Shown here one piece after another: positions 9,123 to 17,426 of a DNA stretch of 64,000 nt (the first letter of the stretch is position 1; each line of letters starts with the position of its first letter). The notes below the pieces were generated by a model. That model saw only the letters and a list, made by a program, of their open reading frames with translations, ran no database searches and was not told where the DNA came from. This DNA comes from a virus. Lineage: Duplodnaviria; Caudoviricetes. The stretch is from the IMG/VR virus record IMGVR_UViG_3300014208_000024, positions 160,001-224,000 of that record; one strand, written 5' to 3'. The translations under genes were made by a program, and so were the position numbers.

Positions 9123-11423
9123 ATGGTAAAATTTGTAAAAATTAAAGACGAACTTTTTTTGATTAATCAAAAAATTAAAAAAGAAAATGTTCAAGTAAAA
9201 ACAGTTGTGGTTAATACACACCACATTTTTATCGTTGACTGTTCGGGGTCAATGTATAGCGAACTTCCCCAAATCAGAAAAGATTTGTACAATAAAATTT
9301 CTACTGATTTAAAACCCGAAGATTCTTTAACAATTATATGGTTTTCAGGTAGAAATCAGTGTGGAATTATTCTTGAAGATTACCATATTAAAAGCAACCT
9401 TGGTTTAAACAAAGTAAAAGAATTAATTGACAGGTATTTAGTTACTGTTGGATTAACAGCTTTTAAAGATCCATTTGATAAATCTAAAGAGGTTATCAAT
9501 AAAATTATGACAAGTAAACCAAACGTTATTCACTCTTTATTTTTTATAACTGATGGATATGATAATCAATATTCAACAAAAGAAATTTTGTCAGCTGTAA
9601 GTGCAGTAAAAGAACAATTGTCAAGTTCAATAGTTGTTGAATACGGTTGGTATTGTAATAAAGAGCTTTTAGCTAAAATGGCCTGTGAGCTTGGTGGTGT
9701 TCATATTTTTAGTGAACATTTTCAAGATTATGAACCATACATCCAGAAAGAATTTAACAGTCAAAAAATTTCAAAAAGAAAATATGTTAAACTTGAAGGT
9801 GAGTTAAGTTTTGGAAGTCCATTTAATATTACACAAGATGGAGAAGTTATTAATTATGCTACAAATGATAAAAATGAAGTTTTTGTAAATGAAGATGATG
9901 ATGGATTTTATTATTTTTCGAAGTATTCAGTTGGTTCAGAAATTAAAATGAATATGCTTTCAGAATCATCTAGAAAAAAATCAGATGAAGAAAAAGATCA
10001 ATTCATGGATGCACTTTACGCTTCTTTATTTAGTTTTAGCAGAATTAGTGATTTTAACAAAGTTTCTGAAGTTCTTAAATTTATTGGTGATGCAAAATTT
10101 ATTGTAAAAAAAGCAAACACATTTGGTACACAAAAAATTAATGAACTTGAATCTGAATTTTTACAAGCTGTAAAAGATAAAAAATCAAGATTTGTTGAAG
10201 GATATAATCCAGATTTAGAACCAGCTGAAGATGCTTATTGTGTACTTAACATGATCGAAGATCTTATGGAAGAAGATGAAAACTTATGGTATCCCAATCA
10301 TGAAGCATTTAATTATAAAAGAATTGGTGCAAAAGCTGTAGCAAAAACAGGAATAACAGAAAAAGATAAAAAGGATTTGGAAAAATTGTTAAAAGAAGGA
10401 AAAGTTGATGAATTAAAAGATAAAGTTGATGAGGTTTCTAAAAAAGAAGACGGACTAGTATTTGAATACGAAGATGAAAATGGAGGTTATCCTATTACAG
10501 ACCTTGTTTGGAATGAAAAAAGAGCTAACCTTTCAGTTCAGGTAAGATATCCAGGACAAGTGGAACTTCCTGAAAACAATTTTAACTTACCTAAATTTTT
10601 TAAAACAAATAAATTTAGAAATTATACATTGATTAAAGACGGTATAATTCACACTTATACTCTTCCAATAAGTTTAACAAAAAACACTTTTAAACAGCTT
10701 CAAAATAATGGTCTTTTAAAAGGAGAAAAATATGAAGAAAATAAAATTTACATTTTAGATTTTTCTAATATTCCAGTTATTAATCGTTTAATGGTTAAAA
10801 CAATGTCGGCTGAACAGTTGTTTAAAAATGAATATGAACTTATAAAACTTAAAGCAAACAACACAGTTTTTAATCATTACAGAAAAGATAAAATTGGAAA
10901 AGTAAGTTTTGACTTCATTAAACAATATGGAGAAGCTGCAACTGAATGGTTAAAAGGTTTTGGAATTACTGCTTCTGGCTTTAATCCTCCAAGTACTTTA
11001 GAAAAAACTGGAGAAGAAATTTTTGTAAATTCTCTTAAAGTTAAAATCGATAAATTAACTTTAATGACTTCAAAAGATGATTTTCAAAAAGTTTTAGAAA
11101 AATATAAAAACGGAAAGCCTTTAACTCCAAGAGAATCTTTGTTAAAACCAGCAATTGAAGAATTTGAAAATTTTATGAAATCTGTAAAAGATGTACAAGA
11201 TGAAAGTCTTATTGAATCTTGGATTGATAAAAAATCAAAACTTTTCAAAAAAAGAAAGAATGAACTTATGAATGAAATTTCTAAAAGTAAATTTTTGTGT
11301 GTAGTTGGAAAATCTTGGTTCAAAGAATTTAAGAGCAGAGATGAAAAAGAAATGATTCTTAATTTAGATGGAATGGATATAAAATTTGAACTTGATGAAA
11401 AAATGGAAAAAGTAACTCTGTAA
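9123..11423 (+). CDS. von Willebrand factor A (vWA) domain protein with a large unknown C-terminal region
   Basis: MIDAS residues HHIFIVDCSGSM (DxSxS), GLTAF (T) and FFITDGYD (D). Confidence 0.85.
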   Translation: MVKFVKIKDELFLINQKIKKENVQVKTVVVNTHHIFIVDCSGSMYSELPQIRKDLYNKISTDLKPEDSLTIIWFSGRNQCGIILEDYHIKSNLGLNKVKELIDRYLVTVGLTAFKDPFDKSKEVINKIMTSKPNVIHSLFFITDGYDNQYSTKEILSAVSAVKEQLSSSIVVEYGWYCNKELLAKMACELGGVHIFSEHFQDYEPYIQKEFNSQKISKRKYVKLEGELSFGSPFNITQDGEVINYATNDKNEVFVNEDDDGFYYFSKYSVGSEIKMNMLSESSRKKSDEEKDQFMDALYASLFSFSRISDFNKVSEVLKFIGDAKFIVKKANTFGTQKINELESEFLQAVKDKKSRFVEGYNPDLEPAEDAYCVLNMIEDLMEEDENLWYPNHEAFNYKRIGAKAVAKTGITEKDKKDLEKLLKEGKVDELKDKVDEVSKKEDGLVFEYEDENGGYPITDLVWNEKRANLSVQVRYPGQVELPENNFNLPKFFKTNKFRNYTLIKDGIIHTYTLPISLTKNTFKQLQNNGLLKGEKYEENKIYILDFSNIPVINRLMVKTMSAEQLFKNEYELIKLKANNTVFNHYRKDKIGKVSFDFIKQYGEAATEWLKGFGITASGFNPPSTLEKTGEEIFVNSLKVKIDKLTLMTSKDDFQKVLEKYKNGKPLTPRESLLKPAIEEFENFMKSVKDVQDESLIESWIDKKSKLFKKRKNELMNEISKSKFLCVVGKSWFKEFKSRDEKEMILNLDGMDIKFELDEKMEKVTL

Positions 11424-11431
11424 ATAAAAAG

Positions 11432-11456
11432 AAAAGCCCCAAAAACTGGGGCTTTT
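11432..11456. terminator. Bidirectional intrinsic terminator
   Basis: AAAAGCCCC-aaaaact-GGGGCTTTTT between convergent genes. Confidence 0.85.
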
Positions 11457-12235
11457 TATTTTTCTATAATGATTTTATTAAATTGTTTAATTATAGATAA
11501 AAAATTAACATCTTTAGATATTATTTCCATAACTTTATCACAAATTTCTTTAGGAATATTTTTATAGTATGCTTCTGCAATTCCACCAGCCATAGCAGCA
11601 ATTGTATCGCTATCTCCACCAATAGATATTGCTTTTCTTATACAATCTTCAAAATTTTCTGATTCTAAAAAAGCAATTATAGCTTCTGGTACTGAACCTT
11701 GACAGGAAACATCAAAATGATAGTTTGGTCTAATTTCATTTAATGTTCTATTAAGATTATATCCAAATTTTTTTGTAATAAAATCTTTAATTTGTTCTTT
11801 TGTTCCCTCTTTTCTAGCTATAAAAATAGCACTTGCGATTGCCTGGGCCCCTTTTATTCCTTCAGAGTGGTTGTGGGTTACTGAAGCTGTTTTTTCAGAC
11901 TCACATAATACTTCTTCTAAAGTATCACACAACCAAGCTATCGAACTTACACGCATTGCAGATCCGTTTCCCCAGCTGTTATATGGCAACATACTATCTC
12001 CATCAACCCATTGAACAAAACTTCCTCCAAACCCAACTAAAGGGTGTTTTCTTGCATATTCTTTAAGCGTAATTGCATAATCTTTTTTATTCATAAAAGC
12101 ATCTGCAACCGCTATTGTTAAAACTGTATCATCTGTAAATCTTGTTTTTTCACAAAACAAAGGAAAGTTTGTACTTTTACAATTATAAAATTCGTAATAC
12201 GAACCAATTACATCACCAATTATAGCTCCAAACAT
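11456..12235 (-). CDS. ADP-ribosylglycohydrolase (DraG/ARH family)
   Basis: Motifs GAIIGDVIGS..E, FTDDT, SWGNGSAMR, SCQGSVP and GGDSDTIAAMAGGIA. Confidence 0.93.
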   Translation of the reverse strand: MFGAIIGDVIGSYYEFYNCKSTNFPLFCEKTRFTDDTVLTIAVADAFMNKKDYAITLKEYARKHPLVGFGGSFVQWVDGDSMLPYNSWGNGSAMRVSSIAWLCDTLEEVLCESEKTASVTHNHSEGIKGAQAIASAIFIARKEGTKEQIKDFITKKFGYNLNRTLNEIRPNYHFDVSCQGSVPEAIIAFLESENFEDCIRKAISIGGDSDTIAAMAGGIAEAYYKNIPKEICDKVMEIISKDVNFLSIIKQFNKIIIEK

Positions 12236-12241
12236 ATGTTA

Positions 12242-13594
12242 TTACAATAAATGTTTTTGAGATACATCAAAAGGGTTTATTTTAAATTGTGGATTACTCA
12301 TTATAAATCTTTTTTTTGCATATTCATCCAACGTTCCATTTTCTTTTTCGAAAATTATTTTTTTATAGAAACTAACACGATCTTTAGTTACATTTTCAAG
12401 TTTATATCTGTCTTTTACAAATTCATTAAGATTATTTGCCAATTCTTCTCTCATTTGTGGATTTAAAATTAATTCCCTCATTGCCTTATACCAATCTTTT
12501 TTATTATCAGAAATCAAAATTCCAGTTTTTCTATCTTTTAATAACTGTTTATAAATTCCAAAATTTTGAGCAATTAAAACCTTCTTTTTCATTCCTGCTT
12601 CTATAATTTTTAATTCAGATTTAACTTCATTAAACATATGAACTCTTCTGGTAATTGTACCCTTTTCATCTTTAAACATTTCGGTTTCGTCTAATGGAGC
12701 CAAACAAACATCGCAATAATCATAATGTTTTCCATATTGAGTTAATGGCAAAGTCCACCTTCTTATATAATTTTCCAATTCAAAACCTGGATAATTTTCT
12801 TTGTTAATTTTTTTAAGATATTCAACATATTCTTTGTTTTTAATTAAAGAATAATCACTGGTAAAAATTTGTTCAAATTTATTCCAAACACTTTCATGTG
12901 GTTGAATGTTTCTCACATTTGTTGATCCATCTGGTCTAATTTCCGTTATTGTACCTCTAATGTCAAATCCACACATTACTATTTGATATTTATCTTGAAG
13001 TTCTTGTGAAGAATTTAATTTTAACATAGATTCTTTTAATAAAAGTAAATCATGAAAATGAGAAGATCCACCAATCCAAGAAATTCTACATTTCCCAGAT
13101 TTATTTTCTTGCACTTCCGATTTCCACATTTTATGATTCATGTCTAATGCATTTGGAATAACATGAACATACGGATTATGTTTTAAAATATATTTTTTAA
13201 AAATATCTGTTGTTGTTGTAACACAATCAACATATTTAAAGTTATTTAATATTTTTTCAGAAAGTTTTTCATTTTTTACAACTTCATATAGAGGATGTGT
13301 GTTTGCTGGATCCCAATAATCATCAATATCCATTATTAAAATTACTCCGTTATTTCTAAGTCTTTCTGATAATTCTGAAATTTTTGAATAATCACCAAAT
13401 TGTCTATGAAAGTGTATTATATCAAATTGTGATAAATAATTTATATTATTAAAATCGGTATCAATACCTATTTCTATTTCAAATTCTTGCCCAAAGTTTT
13501 TTTGTAATGATTGAGCTGGCCAAATAGTTCTAAAATGTCCAACACCTTGATTATCACTTGGTTGCATTAAAATTTTAATTTTCCCATTTTTCAT
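12242..13594 (-). CDS. Glycosyltransferase (GT-B fold, GT4-like)
   Basis: GVGHFRT.WP N-terminus, MDIDDYW, ISWIGGSSHFHDL, DVCLAPL...FNEVKSELKIIEAG, GILI....DWYKAMRELI. Confidence 0.85.
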   Translation of the reverse strand: MKNGKIKILMQPSDNQGVGHFRTIWPAQSLQKNFGQEFEIEIGIDTDFNNINYLSQFDIIHFHRQFGDYSKISELSERLRNNGVILIMDIDDYWDPANTHPLYEVVKNEKLSEKILNNFKYVDCVTTTTDIFKKYILKHNPYVHVIPNALDMNHKMWKSEVQENKSGKCRISWIGGSSHFHDLLLLKESMLKLNSSQELQDKYQIVMCGFDIRGTITEIRPDGSTNVRNIQPHESVWNKFEQIFTSDYSLIKNKEYVEYLKKINKENYPGFELENYIRRWTLPLTQYGKHYDYCDVCLAPLDETEMFKDEKGTITRRVHMFNEVKSELKIIEAGMKKKVLIAQNFGIYKQLLKDRKTGILISDNKKDWYKAMRELILNPQMREELANNLNEFVKDRYKLENVTKDRVSFYKKIIFEKENGTLDEYAKKRFIMSNPQFKINPFDVSQKHLL

Positions 13595-13614
13595 GTTTGT
13601 TGTTTTTAATTTAT

Positions 13615-13644
13615 AAAAAAAATCCTATATCTAAATATAGGATT
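13615..13644 (-). terminator. Hairpin/terminator
   Basis: AATCCTATAT-ctaa-ATATAGGATT preceded by poly-A on the + strand, downstream of the 13672-14106 gene. Confidence 0.7.
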
Positions 13645-13671
13645 CTTAAAATTTAAAATAAATAGTTTTTT

Positions 13672-14106
13672 CTAATTGTTTAAATATTTTATTTCTCCAG
13701 TGGAAATATTTAAAATAAAACGAAATGTTTTTAATGTATCATTTTCATTATAATAAACCCATCCAAACAAATTGTTACTTAAGACAGTTGGTAAATCGCT
13801 AATTGTATTATAGGCATTTAATTTTTCATTATCACGAAATTGTTCAACTCTTCCACTTTTTCCTGAAAATTCTAATTTAACTTTTATTAAATCAATAAAA
13901 TTTAAATTTTTTATTATTTGACATTTTAATTCTTCAATTGATACTATTTCCCATGCTTTTTTTAAAATTATTCTATGAATAGCATGAGCTATTTCTTTAC
14001 ATATACTATCTAAAGAAGGAATGTGAGTCCATTCTAATTCAGTTAATTTTTCTCCAGAAATTTCAAATTCTAAATCTACTGGACAATCAAGTAAATTATT
14101 TTGCAT
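13672..14106 (-). CDS. Hypothetical protein
   Basis: 144-aa ORF overlapping the upstream gene end (coupled). No motif recognised. Confidence 0.6.
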   Translation of the reverse strand: MQNNLLDCPVDLEFEISGEKLTELEWTHIPSLDSICKEIAHAIHRIILKKAWEIVSIEELKCQIIKNLNFIDLIKVKLEFSGKSGRVEQFRDNEKLNAYNTISDLPTVLSNNLFGWVYYNENDTLKTFRFILNISTGEIKYLNN

Positions 14107-14368
14107 AGCTATCGGCCTTTTGTTTTGCTTTATCTAAAAAAGACTCATCATAAGCTTTGGCTAATTCTAAAGAATAAATGTTTTCAAATTCTTCAATAGA
14201 AACTTTTTTTGTTTTTGACTGCTTATCCAGTGGTGCTGTCATTTGTTGTTTTCCTAAACAAAATTGATTTGGCTGTAGAATAATACCAGGAGCCACATTA
14301 GATTTAACGCAGACAGTAAGTTTTACTGGAGAAGCTGTAATGTTTTTTATTTTCCAAAATTTTTCCAT
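14096..14368 (-). CDS. Hypothetical protein
   Basis: 90-aa ORF with an A-rich leader and a variant motif ATCTATTTAC at 14409-14418. Confidence 0.6.
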   Translation of the reverse strand: MEKFWKIKNITASPVKLTVCVKSNVAPGIILQPNQFCLGKQQMTAPLDKQSKTKKVSIEEFENIYSLELAKAYDESFLDKAKQKADSYAK

Positions 14369-14428
14369 AATGTTTTTTGTTATAAATTTATTAATTTGTA
14401 ATGTTAAAGTAAATAGATAACAAAAAAA

Positions 14429-15496
14429 TTATTCAACATAACATTTTCTTATGGACATTGGATTAGATGGGAAAAAATATTTTCTTTCATTTAGTTTATA
14501 TACTTTTATCCCTCTATTGTCGCTCAACAAAGTAGCTGACTTAGATTTTCCCTCTATAGTTTCTATAAGTTCTTTAGGCGTATCAATTTTTTTCAATTTA
14601 TCCACCATATCTTTTATTGTAACTATAAACCCCTCCGATACTGGATAAGCGATTCCTTGTGATGTCATAGCAGGAATTCCAGATCCTATTGGATTATGAT
14701 TTGTTGGAAAAGTTGTAAAATTTTGAGATTGATCAATTTGTGCTTTTTCTGAATTTGTTAGAAAATAATTTTTAACAATATTAGTTATAACATCATTTAT
14801 TTTTGATTCAATATCCACAGTGTTTCTAACATAATTTTCTATTTCTTTTTCTGGTTGACCAGCATATGGATTTTGTTTATATTGCTGTTGTATGTTTAAA
14901 TCTGGTTCAGCTGATTTTTCTATAAATTGAGACATTCCACTTTTATAATCAAACACAACTTCTCCAATTTTTTCAAATTTTGTTTGATAAACTTCAGCTT
15001 TAGTAATTCCATTTTCAGACCACATTTGTTGCATTGACTTTTGAACATCTGGATTATCCATTGTTTTAAAAGGTTTGCTCGAAAGATTTTCTCCACCAAC
15101 ACTTAATTCATTAAAATCATATACAAATATTTTTTCAGGTTTTACATCTTTTAAAAAATCTGGAATTTCTGGAATAATTGCCATTTTTGGTTCAACTGGA
15201 ACATTTAATGGTTGTGAACCAGCTTCCATTCCAATTTTTTCAGTTTGTTGATTTGTCTGTGGTTGAACTCCTGGTGCTACTTTAAATTGTTCTTCATCTT
15301 CAGGATTTGGAAAATCTGTTGGTCCCTGTGCAACTGCAGGATTTTCCATTTCAGTAATGCCTTGAGACATTTCTTGAATCTTTTTCATAACTTTTTCTCT
15401 TACAGTATTCAATTTAATAGCATCATTTAAACCTGCTTTTCTAATTTCAGCTGCAAGTAAAGCATTTACTTCATCTTGATTTATCATTTTTTCCAT
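14429..15496 (-). CDS. Hypothetical late protein, candidate internal head protein
   Basis: 355 aa with a Q/P/E-rich linker. AATATTTATA motif at 15510-15519 just upstream. I/V-x-E sites (ITEM, VSEG). Confidence 0.65.
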   Translation of the reverse strand: MEKMINQDEVNALLAAEIRKAGLNDAIKLNTVREKVMKKIQEMSQGITEMENPAVAQGPTDFPNPEDEEQFKVAPGVQPQTNQQTEKIGMEAGSQPLNVPVEPKMAIIPEIPDFLKDVKPEKIFVYDFNELSVGGENLSSKPFKTMDNPDVQKSMQQMWSENGITKAEVYQTKFEKIGEVVFDYKSGMSQFIEKSAEPDLNIQQQYKQNPYAGQPEKEIENYVRNTVDIESKINDVITNIVKNYFLTNSEKAQIDQSQNFTTFPTNHNPIGSGIPAMTSQGIAYPVSEGFIVTIKDMVDKLKKIDTPKELIETIEGKSKSATLLSDNRGIKVYKLNERKYFFPSNPMSIRKCYVE

Positions 15497-15533
15497 TGTT
15501 TTATTTACATATAAATATTTTAATTTTTCTTTT

Positions 15534-15565
15534 TTTGATTTTTATTGTTTTTATTATTATATTTG
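15534..15565 (+). promoter_or_regulatory. Bacteroidota-type sigma70 promoter upstream of phoH
   Basis: TTTG (15534-15537), 20 nt, TATATTTG (15558-15565). Confidence 0.7.
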
Positions 15566-15591
15566 TATCAAATCAACTAATACAAAGAAAA

Positions 15592-16353
15592 ATGAAAAGG
15601 AGAGATCATGAAAGTAATAGAACTCAAATAAAAGATGAGTTAAAAAAAGAAGTTAAAGAATATAACAGTAGACCAAAATCAAAAATGTCAATAAAAAAAG
15701 AAGAAATAGAAAGAGCCAATATAGAATTAACTCAAAAACAACATGAGTTATATAAGGGAATTCGAAACAATATTTTTACACTAGTTCAAGGACCAGCAGG
15801 AACGTCAAAAACATTTACTGCTTGTTATACATCTCTTTGTTTGCTGGCCGATAGAAAAATAGAAAAAATAGTCTTAACAAAACCAATTCAAGAAAGTGGT
15901 GAAAACTTAGGGTTTCTACCTGGAAATGTTGATGAAAAGACAGCTCCATTTATGAGAAGCTATATGTCTAATTTTGAAAAAATAATTGGGAAACAAAGCG
16001 CAGAATTTTTAAAATCTTCTGGAGATATTTGTGTAGAACCACTTGCTTATATGAGGGGAGTCACATATGACAATTCAATAATTTTATTAGATGAGGCCCA
16101 AAATGCAACAATGAAACAATTGGTATTGTGGATCACTAGATTGGGAAAAAATTCAAAAGCAGTTGTAATGGGAGATATAAGTCAATATGACATAAAAAAG
16201 AAAGATTCAAAATTTTTAGATTTTATTGAAATGGTAAAAGGAATCAATGAAGTAAACACTTTTGAATTTACCTCTGAAGATATTGTTAGAAACAAATTTT
16301 TAATTGAAATTGTAGATAGATATGAACAATATAAATTAAAAGAAGGAAATTAA
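15592..16353 (+). CDS. phoH: PhoH-family ATPase (start revised to ATG 15592)
   Basis: Walker A GPAGTSKT, KIVLTKP, LGFLPG, EPLAYMRGVTYDNS.ILLDEAQN and VVMGDISQYD. The ORF-track N-terminal extension runs through the promoter. Confidence 0.92.
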   Translation: MKRRDHESNRTQIKDELKKEVKEYNSRPKSKMSIKKEEIERANIELTQKQHELYKGIRNNIFTLVQGPAGTSKTFTACYTSLCLLADRKIEKIVLTKPIQESGENLGFLPGNVDEKTAPFMRSYMSNFEKIIGKQSAEFLKSSGDICVEPLAYMRGVTYDNSIILLDEAQNATMKQLVLWITRLGKNSKAVVMGDISQYDIKKKDSKFLDFIEMVKGINEVNTFEFTSEDIVRNKFLIEIVDRYEQYKLKEGN

Positions 16354-16364
16354 AACTATTTATA
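16354..16364 (+). promoter_or_regulatory. Putative late promoter motif AACTATTTATA
   Basis: Here the motif is on the + strand, matching the + strand gene at 16386, which shows strand specificity. Confidence 0.6.
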
Positions 16365-16385
16365 AAAACATTGAAATATAATAAT

Positions 16386-16559
16386 ATGGAAAATAATAAT
16401 CAAAAAAACAGGGGAGATGGTTTAATAGATCCACAAAAAGGTGGACAACCTGAAAAAAAACAACCAAAAAAGATTTCTACTAATCAAGACGGATTAATGG
16501 AAAGAGAACAGAACAAGGTTTTAACTGAAGATGGAAGAGAGCTTCTTAAAGAAAATTAA
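16386..16559 (+). CDS. Small hypothetical late protein (57 aa; start revised to ATG 16386)
   Basis: MENNNQKNRGDG...GLMEREQNKVLTEDGRELLKEN, with its own motif upstream and a terminator downstream. Confidence 0.65.
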   Translation: MENNNQKNRGDGLIDPQKGGQPEKKQPKKISTNQDGLMEREQNKVLTEDGRELLKEN

Positions 16560-16562
16560 AAT

Positions 16563-16590
16563 AAAAAACCGCCTTTTGAGCGGTTTTTTT
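16563..16590. terminator. Bidirectional intrinsic terminator
   Basis: AAAAAACCGC-cttttga-GCGGTTTTTT between convergent genes. Confidence 0.85.
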
Positions 16591-16609
16591 ATTTGTTTCT
16601 GTTTTAAGT

Positions 16610-17374
16610 TTATTCGTTAAAATCATTTTTTCTAATTCCAGAAAGAATTTGCATCCTTTTCTTTGTTGATTCGCTTACCAATTGGTCTGCTTTAGGAATT
16701 TCTGTTTTTCCATTATCAAAAGGAACGGCGTTTTTAGGTTTTTGTTCTTGAGCAACACTTGTTCCGTCTTGTTCTTTAACAACACCATCTTCTTCTTTGT
16801 TTTCTTTTTCGTCAATGTTTTCTTCTGGTTCATCAATTGGAACTTCTTCGGCAGGAACCTCTTCAGTTGGAATTTCTTCCACAGGAGCTTCTTCAGAATT
16901 TTCTCCACCCATTTTAGCATCAACAGTAGTTTCTATTTTATCCTCAATAGCATCAGCAAGTTTTGCAAGAATTGCTTCAATGTCCAAATCGCCTTCTAAA
17001 TTTTCATCGTCCCCAATAGGCATTTCATCACCAACAGGCATTTCATCACCAACAGGTATTTCATCACCCATTTCATCTCCTACAGGAGATATTTCTTCTT
17101 CTGGCTCATCTTCTTCTACTAAGTGACTTCCTTTTTTCTCAAATTTTGGTTGCCATTTTTTATCGCCATTTTTTTCACCAGTCCATCCAGTTGAACGAAC
17201 ACTTTCTTTTCCGCCAGTTGTTACTTCTTCTAAATCGTCCTCTGCAATGATTTGTTGCATTTCTTCATTTATTTTCTGAAGTCTGTTTTTCAACTTTATT
17301 TCAGTGAGTTTTTTGAAGTATTCCTCTTTTATCATTTGTTTAACTTCTTCTTTAGAAATTTTAATTTTTGCCAT
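16610..17374 (-). CDS. Acidic hypothetical late protein, candidate internal head/scaffold-like protein
   Basis: ACTATTTATA motif upstream (17397-17406), GDEMPV and EEVP repeats, and a C-terminal motif shared with the scaffold (SESTKKRMQILSGIRKND). Confidence 0.7.
   Translation of the reverse strand: MAKIKISKEEVKQMIKEEYFKKLTEIKLKNRLQKINEEMQQIIAEDDLEEVTTGGKESVRSTGWTGEKNGDKKWQPKFEKKGSHLVEEDEPEEEISPVGDEMGDEIPVGDEMPVGDEMPIGDDENLEGDLDIEAILAKLADAIEDKIETTVDAKMGGENSEEAPVEEIPTEEVPAEEVPIDEPEENIDEKENKEEDGVVKEQDGTSVAQEQKPKNAVPFDNGKTEIPKADQLVSESTKKRMQILSGIRKNDFNE
17012..17086 (-). repeat. 18-bp coding tandem repeat (PVGDEM-like units)
   Basis: caggcatttcatcaccaa units encode SPVGDEMGDEIPVGDEMPVGDEMPIGDD. 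Confidence 0.8.
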
Positions 17375-17426
17375 AACTTTTTTGTTTTAAGTTTTCTATA
17401 AATAGTAAAAAAAAATGAAATTATAA

